Virus record (IMG/VR): IMGVR_UViG_3300020188_000043
Coordinates: 1 to 26,750 of that record
From: a virus
Taxonomy: Duplodnaviria; Caudoviricetes
Length of the DNA: 26,750 bases
Reading direction: 5' to 3' (one strand)
Position numbers and translations under genes: made by a program. How positions within the stretch are numbered: the first letter of the stretch is position 1; the number at the start of each line of letters is the position of its first letter. Shown in pieces: positions 16,311 through 25,116 of this stretch. Under the pieces are notes generated by a model, which saw only the letters and a program-made list of their open reading frames with translations, was not told the DNA's origin and did not search any database.

Positions 16311-16880
16311 TTGCAAAGATACTTAAAGGTTTATGATAATGTTTTAGATAAAGATACATGTGAAAGAATGATATCGTTATTTGACAGTAAAGAAGATCAA
16401 CATGAAATATATAATGATGATCTAATGAACTTCAATCAAATTAATCTAATACAACACAAAGATGATTGGTCTGAATTTAATTCAATACTTAGTATTAAAT
16501 TTCAAGAGTTATTAGAACAGTATAAATCTGATTGTCATATTCATGTACCCCTACAGTGGCCAGAAAAATATAGTTTTGAAGAATTTAGAATAAAAAGGTA
16601 TGAACCAAATGAAGGTAAGTTTGATTATCATACTGATGTAAATGATTATAATTCTGCCATTAGATTTTTAGCGTTTTTTATTTACTTAAATGATTCAGAT
16701 GATTACGCAGATGGCGGAACAGAATTTCCCCAATTAGGATTAACCAGTCCTAGAAAACAAGGAGCATGTTTAGTATTCCCACCACTATGGATGTATCCGC
16801 ATGCTGGTTTAGTATCAACAAATAGAAAATACATAGTCGGTAGTTATTTACATTACTTAAAGGATAATAATGCAAGGTAA
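16311..16880 (+). CDS. 2OG-Fe(II) oxygenase (prolyl-4-hydroxylase-like)
   Basis: HTD (HxD), YLND, GGTEF, VFPP.W.YPHAG, KYI. Confidence 0.88.
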   Translation: MQRYLKVYDNVLDKDTCERMISLFDSKEDQHEIYNDDLMNFNQINLIQHKDDWSEFNSILSIKFQELLEQYKSDCHIHVPLQWPEKYSFEEFRIKRYEPNEGKFDYHTDVNDYNSAIRFLAFFIYLNDSDDYADGGTEFPQLGLTSPRKQGACLVFPPLWMYPHAGLVSTNRKYIVGSYLHYLKDNNAR

Positions 16881-17097
16881 AATGTTTAAAAATACTCAAG
16901 AGTTTGCCATTTATATTGATGAAATAGTATCATCTCGTAAGATAACACATATGGAAGCAGTACTAGAATACTGTAAAGAAAATTTTATTGACCCAGAAGA
17001 TATTAGTTCTATGGTTAATAAGAATCTTAAACAAAAGATAGCTGTTAATATGAGGGATGAAAACTACTTACCTAAAGTTGCTAAGTTGGATATATGA
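16870..17097 (+). CDS. gp33: late transcription co-activator gp33
   Basis: F...I..IV, HMEAVLEYC.EN.IDPE, LKQKI; upstream of gp59. Confidence 0.85.
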   Translation: MQGKMFKNTQEFAIYIDEIVSSRKITHMEAVLEYCKENFIDPEDISSMVNKNLKQKIAVNMRDENYLPKVAKLDI

Positions 17098-17696
17098 CAG
17101 GATTCAAAGCTTTTAGATATTATGTGGCATTAAAGCTACATTTCACTAAAGACAAGTTTAATGTATTTGAGAATAGAGGTAACGTTAAAGGTTCGTATCA
17201 GGCATTTGATGCTCGGAATGATAAATTTTTATTTGAAAAGTTAGCTCGTAAATATAGAACTGATCAAGAAATAATTCAGTTTCTTGTTGCTAATATAGCA
17301 TACGGCAATGATAATATTGTTTATGGAATGGAAGAAGCTGAAGAGTATTATATTCAGTGGACTAAACGTAAACAAAGTCTTACAAAAACATTTAAAGATG
17401 ATCTTAACTTATTACAATTAGAATCAGAAAAGAATAATTTATCATTAGATCAAATAATTAATTTTACTTTAAATACATATCCGTATATAATTAAACTATA
17501 TCTTGGTAAATTAATAAGCATGGAATCAATATGTATATTAAATGATTTCATACCAATGATTACTAAATGGGAAGCAGAACCAACAGCTTTAATATTAGAA
17601 GAAGATATAAGAAGGATTAAAAAGCTTAAAGGTTTTGTTAAGTATGATAGAGAAAAACTTGAGAAAACTATTAATGAATTTATTACAGAATTATAA
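17094..17696 (+). CDS. gp59: helicase loader gp59
   Basis: F.AF.YY.ALKLHFT, F..RNDK..FEKLA; 33-59-32 synteny. Confidence 0.88.
   Translation: MTGFKAFRYYVALKLHFTKDKFNVFENRGNVKGSYQAFDARNDKFLFEKLARKYRTDQEIIQFLVANIAYGNDNIVYGMEEAEEYYIQWTKRKQSLTKTFKDDLNLLQLESEKNNLSLDQIINFTLNTYPYIIKLYLGKLISMESICILNDFIPMITKWEAEPTALILEEDIRRIKKLKGFVKYDREKLEKTINEFITEL
17463..17491 (+). promoter_or_regulatory. early-type promoter internal to gp59, facing gp32
   Basis: TTTACT(TTAA)-N17-TATAAT. Confidence 0.6.
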
Positions 17697-17715
17697 TAAC
17701 GCTAATGTATCGTTA

Positions 17716-17723
17716 TATAAATA
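17716..17723 (+). promoter_or_regulatory. T4-type late promoter of gp32
   Basis: Intergenic TATAAATA. Confidence 0.7.
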
Positions 17724-17774
17724 AAGTGCAGTACATACATTAAACATACTACGTAAATATTAAGGAAAAATACG

Positions 17775-18701
17775 ATGGATATTAATACACTAAGAAGTAC
17801 CCGCAATAACGATTTCGGTAAGATCTCTTCCGCATTCGATACAATCGCAAACCCCCAAGCAACTACAAAATCATATGTTGATGAACGCATCTGGAAACCA
17901 GAAGCTGATAAAGCTGGTAATGCATCAGCAACAATTAGATTCTTACCTAAGCATCCTGATGATGAACTACCATGGGTAAAAGTATTCTCTCATGGATTTC
18001 AAGGTCCTACAGGTCGTTGGTATATTGAGAACTCTTTAACTACACTTGGAGAAAATGACCCAGTTGGTGAATTAAACTCTAAGTTATGGAATTCAGGTTC
18101 TGAAGCAAACAAAGAAATTGCACGTAAACAAAAACGTCGCTTACACTTCTATTCAAACATATTAGTTGTGTCGGATCCTAAACATCCAGAAAATGAAGGC
18201 AAAGTTATGCTATTCAGATATGGTAAAAAGATCTTTGATAAGATTATGGATAAGGCAAGACCTACATTTGAAGATGAGAAACCAGTGAATGTATTTGATC
18301 TATGGGAAGGCACTGACTTTAAATTAAGAATGAGAAGAGTTGAAGGTTATCCTAACTATGATCAGTCTGTATTTGTTGAACCATCACCAGTAGCTGAATC
18401 AGATGAAAAGATTCTTGAAGTTGTTAATAAACAATATAAACTATCAGAATTTTTAGATCGTTCTAACTTCAAAACTTATGAAGAACTTAAAACTAAACTT
18501 GAAGTAACTTTAAGTGGTGAAGGTATGGATACTTCTGCTAATGATTTAGTAGATGCAATGCCTACTGCTGAACCTAAACAGTTTGCTGAAGTGGCTGAAC
18601 CTCAAGCTAAAGCAGCTCCTGTGGTAAGTGAACCAAGTATAGCAAGTACTGATGACGATGATGTTATGAGTTACTTCCAAAAGATTGCTGACGAAGATTA
18701 A
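17775..18701 (+). CDS. gp32: single-stranded DNA-binding protein gp32
   Basis: DERIWK, IRFLP, HGFQGP.G.WYIEN, GKKIFDKI, FDLWEG.DFKL, acidic tail. Confidence 0.95.
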   Translation: MDINTLRSTRNNDFGKISSAFDTIANPQATTKSYVDERIWKPEADKAGNASATIRFLPKHPDDELPWVKVFSHGFQGPTGRWYIENSLTTLGENDPVGELNSKLWNSGSEANKEIARKQKRRLHFYSNILVVSDPKHPENEGKVMLFRYGKKIFDKIMDKARPTFEDEKPVNVFDLWEGTDFKLRMRRVEGYPNYDQSVFVEPSPVAESDEKILEVVNKQYKLSEFLDRSNFKTYEELKTKLEVTLSGEGMDTSANDLVDAMPTAEPKQFAEVAEPQAKAAPVVSEPSIASTDDDDVMSYFQKIADED

Positions 18702-18731
18702 TATCAGCTTGTAATACCTATTGTAAAAAGG

Positions 18732-18757
18732 AAAGGGAGCTTCGGCTCCCTTTTTTT
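18732..18757. terminator. bidirectional intrinsic terminator
   Basis: AAAGGGAGC-TTCG-GCTCCCTTTTTTT between convergent genes. Confidence 0.9.
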
Positions 18758-20426
18758 ATCCAAACAAATATCTACTTTCGTTATATTTTCCTAGAGAATG
18801 ATCTCTATTTCTTATATCTTGCTGGTAGTTATTATTAGTATTATTAGCAATATTTGTAGGAGCATTATTAACTATATTGTTATCAACTTTTGGTGGAGAG
18901 GGAGATCCTTTAATCATTTCTACCTCAGATGATGCCTCATCAACATTATTTCCTTTATTAATATTTTTATTGATATCTTGTCTTTTTATGGCATCTCTTA
19001 TCCGATCTGATTCTTCAGCAGTAGCATTATTTAACTGCGGAGATACGGTTTCTGAATATATAGGTTTTTCAGTTGTGCCACCATCACTCGTTTCAGATGG
19101 GCTTTCTATTGCTAAACCTGAAAATGGTTTATATGGCCCAAATTGTTTGCCAAGTATCTTAAATGGCCCAATTTCTATTTTAGCTAATGCATTCATTACA
19201 CTAGTAAATATATTTTTAAGAGTCTCTATAGGATGGAATATTGCTTCAAAAAATTTAGATATTATATCAGAAAAGCTAAAACTATCAAGCATATCAGAAG
19301 CAGATTCCAATCCAAACTTATCTAATACCCAGGATATCATGTCTTTAAGTAAATCTAATGGAGCTCCAACTAATGTTGTAAAAAATGTAGAAATACCTGC
19401 TTCTAATGCTCCTAAAATACCTCCGTCAGCATATCCTTGAATAGCAGCTTTAATAGACTCAAATGCTGTAATAACAATTGTTAATGGAAGAAACAATTTA
19501 CTAACTAATGGCAATATTTTACTAGCCAAACCACCAAATTTACTCATATACCCAAACATAGATTTAAAGAAATTGGCTATTTTTTCAACTACGCGAACAA
19601 TTGGGGCAATAGATATTTTACCGAGGCTTGCTGCCAAATTAGTTATAGGTTGTAAGAATGTAAGAACTGCTTTAACTGCTGCTGATACTACTTTAACTGC
19701 TGCTGATACTTTACTACCTACCGTTTTCATAAAGTCCAAAATTGGTTTTGGTAATTCAATTTTTACTTTACTTCCTAATTTTTTAAAATATGTTTTTATT
19801 GAATCAACAACTAAATCAAATTGCATTGACAAACCTGCTAAACGACTTGCTATACCTTTAGCAAAATTTTGCATAGATTTCTTAATAAGAGCTGCCCATG
19901 TAGGAGCTAAACCTGTAAATACTTTAGCAAATAATGTTCCAATTGACTTTATACTTTTAATAGCTATTTTTAAACTTAGTACAACCGCTTTAGTATAACC
20001 TTGGACTGCACCAACTAATGCGCCAAATGCCATAGCCAATACTGCGCCAATTGTACCTAAATTAAAATCTTTTGCTTTTTTAGGTTTAGATGCTAACGTA
20101 TTATTGAAAATGCCTTCCATAAACTTAAGCATTTTTTCATTAATTTTCAGTTGCTCAAGTTCTTGTTCCTTCTTAGACTTTTTAGGCTTATCATTTTCTT
20201 TAGATTTTTTTGAAAATGAAAATAGTTCCATCACTCCTTTCTGATTTTTCTTTGTTTTTATAGAATTAAGTTTATTACTTTTATTTAAAGCCATAGTTAA
20301 AAGAGTAATACTTTTACTCAACTTGTCATCTATTGATGAAAGTACTTGTAGTTTAACTTCAATTTCGCCTGATTTAGACGAATTGACTTTAGTTTTTTTA
20401 ACTTTTATAAGGTCTTTAAGTGCCAT
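18756..20426 (-). CDS. tape measure / baseplate hub protein (gp29-like)
   Basis: Long amphipathic-helical K/A/G/F-rich protein with N-rich C-terminus, downstream of gp26/gp51. Confidence 0.65.
   Translation of the reverse strand: MALKDLIKVKKTKVNSSKSGEIEVKLQVLSSIDDKLSKSITLLTMALNKSNKLNSIKTKKNQKGVMELFSFSKKSKENDKPKKSKKEQELEQLKINEKMLKFMEGIFNNTLASKPKKAKDFNLGTIGAVLAMAFGALVGAVQGYTKAVVLSLKIAIKSIKSIGTLFAKVFTGLAPTWAALIKKSMQNFAKGIASRLAGLSMQFDLVVDSIKTYFKKLGSKVKIELPKPILDFMKTVGSKVSAAVKVVSAAVKAVLTFLQPITNLAASLGKISIAPIVRVVEKIANFFKSMFGYMSKFGGLASKILPLVSKLFLPLTIVITAFESIKAAIQGYADGGILGALEAGISTFFTTLVGAPLDLLKDMISWVLDKFGLESASDMLDSFSFSDIISKFFEAIFHPIETLKNIFTSVMNALAKIEIGPFKILGKQFGPYKPFSGLAIESPSETSDGGTTEKPIYSETVSPQLNNATAEESDRIRDAIKRQDINKNINKGNNVDEASSEVEMIKGSPSPPKVDNNIVNNAPTNIANNTNNNYQQDIRNRDHSLGKYNESRYLFG
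19670..19710. repeat. 21-bp-period tandem duplication
   Basis: CTTTAACTGCTGCTGATACT at 19670-19689 and 19691-19710. Confidence 0.85.
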
Positions 20427-20614
20427 TAGTTTTTGCTCTCGTATTTTTTCTTTTCTTCTTCTAAATGATTAATTAACATTGTAACATAAATCTCTCTCTC
20501 AAATGGTATCATATTTTCTAAATCTTCTAAACTATACTTATGATATTGCATCATTGCAAAATTCATTTTATAAAAATTTTGTAATGATTCATGTGAGAGA
20601 TTAATTAAAAAAAA
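20426..20614 (-). CDS. gp51: gp51-like baseplate hub assembly segment (first ATG at 20566; may be reached by -1 frameshift from gp26)
   Basis: SHESLQNFYKMNFAMMQYHKYSLEDLENMIPFEREIYVTML; TAATG coupling to tape measure. Confidence 0.8.
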   Translation of the reverse strand, partial: FFLINLSHESLQNFYKMNFAMMQYHKYSLEDLENMIPFEREIYVTMLINHLEEEKKKYESKN

Positions 20615-21318
20615 CTTTGTAATCCCTCCAATACTTTATGGTGTTCTTTATTACAAACAGGACATTTATAATCAATTTCTTGTTTCATAACTGGTAAAGT
20701 TTCAAAAAATTCTTGTATTTTCTTAAACTGATCTGATGTTAGATTATTTAAGAAATCAGTTAATTCTTCTTTTGTTTGCTCTTTAACATGAAACACTTCA
20801 GTTGAATTATAAATTGTATCAATACACTCTATAATAATGTTAAATAAATCATCAACACCTTTAGCTTCAACTCCACCTAATTTATTAACAATTGAAAATG
20901 ATGGGTATTTTAATGTAATACCAACATCATCGTATAATATTATATCGCTTTTATGTTTTTCATTTTTAGTTACAGGTATCTTAGATATATCTAAGTTTAT
21001 TTTAGTAACTGCCTTTTCATCTTCACATGTATCACACTTGAGAAATAATTCCACTATTTCACCTACAGATTTAGCTCTAATTTGAGTAAAAATATACTCA
21101 ATATCAAATGTGGCCAAATCGTTTACATTAATATCATCTTTAACGCATGATGTAATAACATTCTTTAGTGAATCAATCATTACTTTAACGTCTTCTGACT
21201 GATGTGCTAACAATAAAGTCTTTTCATCTTTCACTAAAAACGGTCTGTATTTTATTTCCTGGCCTGTTGACGGCACTGTTAACGTATAGGTCAACGTATT
21301 ATTAATTGGCAAAGCCAT
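20605..21318 (-). CDS. gp26: baseplate hub assembly protein gp26
   Basis: MALP...Y.L.VPSTG..IKYRPFLVK.EK, FDIEYIF.QIRAKSVGE, CxxC pairs, LEGLQSFF. Confidence 0.88.
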   Translation of the reverse strand: MALPINNTLTYTLTVPSTGQEIKYRPFLVKDEKTLLLAHQSEDVKVMIDSLKNVITSCVKDDINVNDLATFDIEYIFTQIRAKSVGEIVELFLKCDTCEDEKAVTKINLDISKIPVTKNEKHKSDIILYDDVGITLKYPSFSIVNKLGGVEAKGVDDLFNIIIECIDTIYNSTEVFHVKEQTKEELTDFLNNLTSDQFKKIQEFFETLPVMKQEIDYKCPVCNKEHHKVLEGLQSFF

Positions 21319-21320
21319 AA

Positions 21321-21752
21321 TCAATCTCCTTTATTAATATCACTAATGAGTTTATTCAACTCGCTAGTACTGCCCACAAATATAGCATTATTAGTTACTT
21401 GCTTAGATTCATTTTTATCTGAACCTTTAGGTGTATCTAATTTTTGCTTCTTATCATGCAACTCAAGCAGTTGGGCATTCACTTCAGAAAGCTGCTTGAT
21501 TAAATTCCCTACAACTTCAAATGCTCTAGGATGCTCTGATTGTTTGGCAATCTCTAGTGCATTATAAAGTGCATCTTGTCCTTGATTCAATAGACCATGT
21601 AAATTGTCACGAGTCTTATCGTAATCATAGTTAATATTTTCTTCTATCTTTTTAGACTTAGGTGGCAATACTTCACCATTGGCCTTAATTACTTCATTTT
21701 TATCCATTGGATCTATGTCAAAGATCTTAGATAGATTATCATCAGCACTCAT
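21321..21752 (-). CDS. gp16: terminase small subunit gp16
   Basis: DYD.TR.NL, A..SEHPRAFEV, NNAIFVGSTSEL. Confidence 0.85.
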   Translation of the reverse strand: MSADDNLSKIFDIDPMDKNEVIKANGEVLPPKSKKIEENINYDYDKTRDNLHGLLNQGQDALYNALEIAKQSEHPRAFEVVGNLIKQLSEVNAQLLELHDKKQKLDTPKGSDKNESKQVTNNAIFVGSTSELNKLISDINKGD

Positions 21753-21761
21753 AATATACCT

Positions 21762-22466
21762 TTAAAAATTAAATGTAGCTCCCGCTAAATTCAAACCACC
21801 AAGCTGTGGCACGTAATTGTTATATTCTTTTTGAAACCCATCAAAATCATTATAATATTGTGAAGGTACAGGAATAGCATCCCCTATAAATTCGCCAATT
21901 CTATCAAAGAATCCTTTATTATCAGGAGTACTAACAGAACTTTGTTGTTCTGAAGACTTCCAATATTTGTACCCCATAGTGACATTTAATTTCATAACAT
22001 CTCTATTTGAATAATCTAATTGTATTGTTGATATATCTTTTACAAAAGACTCATATGCTGTAACCGAATATTTTGCGTTATTATTAATATCAAACATAGT
22101 AATAGTTATATCAGTCCTATAATCGTCATAATATCCTATATTTCTGCTATCAGGATCTTGTATAATACCTTGCCATGAATCAAAAAGCTTTTTGACTTGC
22201 ATAGAACTATCAACATAAAATGACATGGTTATCGGAGAAAATAATTTTTCATACGGCATTTCACGTATTTCACCATAAGTTCTAGCTGGAGTTGTAGATA
22301 TATTAATCCCTGGTATAGATACACTATCACAAAATAGTAATACTTTTCTTAAATCTATCCCTGGGTTTGCTAAACCAGTAGGCAATGAAAAATCTACGGC
22401 ATATCTATTATTCCGCATCAACCCTTCGGTTTTTATCTGTGATATAAAGTCGTTTAATTGTGCCAT
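21762..22466 (-). CDS. tail-tube-fold baseplate protein (gp54/gp19-like)
   Basis: GL.R.NRY.V, CDSVSIPG, MPY, F..WQ, Y.DDY, V...YKYW; next to gp2. Confidence 0.7.
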   Translation of the reverse strand: MAQLNDFISQIKTEGLMRNNRYAVDFSLPTGLANPGIDLRKVLLFCDSVSIPGINISTTPARTYGEIREMPYEKLFSPITMSFYVDSSMQVKKLFDSWQGIIQDPDSRNIGYYDDYRTDITITMFDINNNAKYSVTAYESFVKDISTIQLDYSNRDVMKLNVTMGYKYWKSSEQQSSVSTPDNKGFFDRIGEFIGDAIPVPSQYYNDFDGFQKEYNNYVPQLGGLNLAGATFNF

Positions 22467-22467
22467 A

Positions 22468-23049
22468 TTATCCTCTTAGTGAATTTGCCCAAACTGATTG
22501 TTTTGCAGCACCAGTAAATTGTTCTACTGGTAATAACATCGCTGTTGCCCAATCTGAGGAATTCACTTGTCTAAGTGATGATCGTACATGATCTGCTAAA
22601 TATTGTTTAACACATGGCTGTGCCAATCTAAATTTAGAAACTCCATTTATTAGTCTCCACGAATAATTAAGACGAGTTGTTTCATCCATACGTTTATTAT
22701 TTGCAAAATCCATTAATCTATCTAATAATTGTATTCTTCCTTGATATGGAAGGTAGTGCATATTTAATCCAATAAAGCCATTTGCAGTTTTTTTAAATGG
22801 AAATACTAATGGGAATCTATCCCAAAATGGTAATGTATCTTTAGTTTTAGCATCATATAAGAACATATATAAATTACCAGGTCTAATACTAGCTCGCATA
22901 GCAGATGGATCGCTTTTAAGCATAGCATTAGGAGTAGCTCTTTGCTGTCCTAATAACCTTGCTTGTCGCTGAAACCATGTCTTAGATTGTTTAGCGGCAG
23001 TACCTAAGTCATATTGGTTTTTAGTAAAAATGTCTTTTAAATTTGCCAT
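22468..23049 (-). CDS. gp2: DNA end protector protein gp2
   Basis: G.LYMF.YDAK.K..LP.WD.FPL, GLN.HYLP, K.YL..HV.S, LP.EQF. Confidence 0.9.
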   Translation of the reverse strand: MANLKDIFTKNQYDLGTAAKQSKTWFQRQARLLGQQRATPNAMLKSDPSAMRASIRPGNLYMFLYDAKTKDTLPFWDRFPLVFPFKKTANGFIGLNMHYLPYQGRIQLLDRLMDFANNKRMDETTRLNYSWRLINGVSKFRLAQPCVKQYLADHVRSSLRQVNSSDWATAMLLPVEQFTGAAKQSVWANSLRG

Positions 23050-23054
23050 ACTAT

Positions 23055-23062
23055 TATTTATA
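23055..23062 (-). promoter_or_regulatory. late promoter of gp2
   Basis: TATAAATA on minus strand; ATG begins 6 nt after it. Confidence 0.7.
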
Positions 23063-23065
23063 TAC

Positions 23066-23500
23066 TTATAACCCTAATTCCTTTTCGGTAATGATTTTAA
23101 ATTCATATCCTCTGTCTGCACACCATTCGGTTGCTGCTTTCCATTTTGATTGATTTTTAATAAATGTAAAGCTTTCATTTAAGAATCGTTTTGTTTTTCT
23201 ACCAGGATATTGTGGAGGAAGAGTCTGGCCATGCGGTTTTACTTCTATTAAATAGGTTTTAGTAGAACCATCAGTTTGTTTAACTCTAATTTTAAAGTCA
23301 ATATAATACCTATGAATCTTGCCATCTGTATGACATTTGTATGGTATAATAGTTTCTTCTGATGCCCATTTAATAACAGCAGGATTAGTATCACACCATA
23401 TTGCAAAACGAGTCTCCCAGCTGGATCTCATAACAATATTGGTTGGATCTCCTGTATATTTTTCAGGATGTTTAGGTTTATATAGTCTTTTATGGTACAT
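23066..23500 (-). CDS. gp4: head completion nuclease gp4
   Basis: P.KY.GDP.NIV.RSSWE, W.SEE..IPY, HRYY.DF, IEVKP, N..KW.AA, ITEKEL. Confidence 0.92.
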   Translation of the reverse strand: MYHKRLYKPKHPEKYTGDPTNIVMRSSWETRFAIWCDTNPAVIKWASEETIIPYKCHTDGKIHRYYIDFKIRVKQTDGSTKTYLIEVKPHGQTLPPQYPGRKTKRFLNESFTFIKNQSKWKAATEWCADRGYEFKIITEKELGL

Positions 23501-23523
23501 AAATACTCAATAGAATTCAATTC

Positions 23524-23537
23524 TATTTATATAAATA
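23524..23537. promoter_or_regulatory. overlapping divergent late promoters
   Basis: Perfect palindrome TATTTATATAAATA gives TATAAATA on both strands between gp4 and gp48. Confidence 0.8.
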
Positions 23538-23565
23538 ATATACAAGACTAATACAGGAATGTGAA

Positions 23566-24618
23566 ATGGAAATAGGACCAAATTGGAATGCAGGAGGGTG
23601 GGCTGATAACGGATCAGGCACTGGTGGATATGATCCTAATGAATCCTCTAATGCATATGATATTACTCAACTACAATATCCTAGTGATCTTACTGCAGAT
23701 CGCGAAGATTATGGTAATAACTATGTTATGTTTTACATTAACGTTACAACTGATGCTACATTAAATAAAGATAGTAGCGGAAATCAATATCAATTTGTTA
23801 AAGATGTACCTCCCAGAGAGCAAAGTGCTTTAGCTGGAACAGCATCAAGAGGTGCTACCTCTATATCAAACTTATTTTCAGGCTCTGCAGTATCGGAAAA
23901 TACAGTAGTTAACACCATTGCTGAAGGTACTAAAGATCTTACGTTTACTAATGCAACAAAACGTATTAAAACTGCTATAGCTTTACATATGCCTAATTTA
24001 TTATCATCTAGATATTCTGTTGGATATGATGAAGAGAATACAGCACTTCTTGGAGGTGCTATAGCTGGTGGATCTGCACTAGGAGAAGCTATTAAAGGCG
24101 GTGATGTAGGCAAAGGATTAGCAGACGTTGGAAAAGCTGGTTCTGCTGCTGGTACTGCATTTGCTTTAGGTACTGCAAATATTGCAGGAGTTGGTGGTGG
24201 AATTTCTAGACTAACTAGAATTGCAACAAACCCACGTAAAGAAGTTATATTTAAAAATGTAGATTTTAGAACTTTTCAATTTGATTATCAGTTTTATCCA
24301 AGAAATGCACAAGAAGCTCAGTATGTACAAAATATTATTAAAGAATTTAAATATCACATGCACCCAGAATTTAAAGATGAAAACGCTTTCTTATATACAT
24401 ATCCATCAGAATTTGATATAGCATATTATCATGGGTCAGATGAAAATAAAAGTATTAATAAACACACATCATGTGTATTAACTGAATTAACTGTCAATTA
24501 CTCTCCGCAAGGTCAGTTTACTGCATTTAAAGACGGAACACCAACTCAAATTAATTTAGTATTAACGTTTAAAGAACTTGCTCTTCTTACGAAAGATCAA
24601 ATTCGCAAAGGATTTTAA
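23566..24618 (+). CDS. gp48: baseplate tail-tube cap gp48
   Basis: LQYP.DL, IALHMP, NPRKE..F..V.FRTF.F...F.PRN..EA, C.L....VNY.P.G, L.FKEL. Confidence 0.85.
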   Translation: MEIGPNWNAGGWADNGSGTGGYDPNESSNAYDITQLQYPSDLTADREDYGNNYVMFYINVTTDATLNKDSSGNQYQFVKDVPPREQSALAGTASRGATSISNLFSGSAVSENTVVNTIAEGTKDLTFTNATKRIKTAIALHMPNLLSSRYSVGYDEENTALLGGAIAGGSALGEAIKGGDVGKGLADVGKAGSAAGTAFALGTANIAGVGGGISRLTRIATNPRKEVIFKNVDFRTFQFDYQFYPRNAQEAQYVQNIIKEFKYHMHPEFKDENAFLYTYPSEFDIAYYHGSDENKSINKHTSCVLTELTVNYSPQGQFTAFKDGTPTQINLVLTFKELALLTKDQIRKGF

Positions 24619-24621
24619 TTT

Positions 24622-25116
24622 ATGTATTTTAATAACTTTCCTACATTTACTTATGATTTTAACGTTGGAGATCATACTCAATATCTATTAGTTAAAGATA
24701 TATCACAAAATGTTAGAGTGCGAAAAGAAATATTAGCTAATATTTCTTTATATGATGAATATGATATACGTGATGGAGAAACTCCTGAAATTATTGCAGA
24801 AAAAGTATATGGAAGTCCATTATACCATTGGGTTATTATGTTATGTAATGAAAAATATAATTATATCGATGACTTTCCTTTACCTATCTTTGAATTAGAA
24901 GCTCATGTTACTGAGAAATATGGTACTGGTAATGAGTATGCAATTCATCACTATATAGATACAAATGGAAATATTGTTGATGCTTCTCAAGCAAATATAA
25001 CATCAGTTTCTAATTATGATTATGAAATAGCGTTAAATGAAACTAAACGTCGTATTAAACTAATATCTCCTGGATTATTACAAATAATTATTAAAAACTT
25101 TAAAGATAGTATATAA
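24622..25116 (+). CDS. gp53: baseplate wedge protein gp53
   Basis: MYF..FP, Y.IRDGETPE.IA..VYG....HWVIM..N, NE.KR.IKL. Confidence 0.9.
   Translation: MYFNNFPTFTYDFNVGDHTQYLLVKDISQNVRVRKEILANISLYDEYDIRDGETPEIIAEKVYGSPLYHWVIMLCNEKYNYIDDFPLPIFELEAHVTEKYGTGNEYAIHHYIDTNGNIVDASQANITSVSNYDYEIALNETKRRIKLISPGLLQIIIKNFKDSI

Noticed and set aside
18877-21567. Plus-strand ORFs opposite tape measure, gp26 and gp16
   Set aside because: Antisense shadows of recognisable structural genes.
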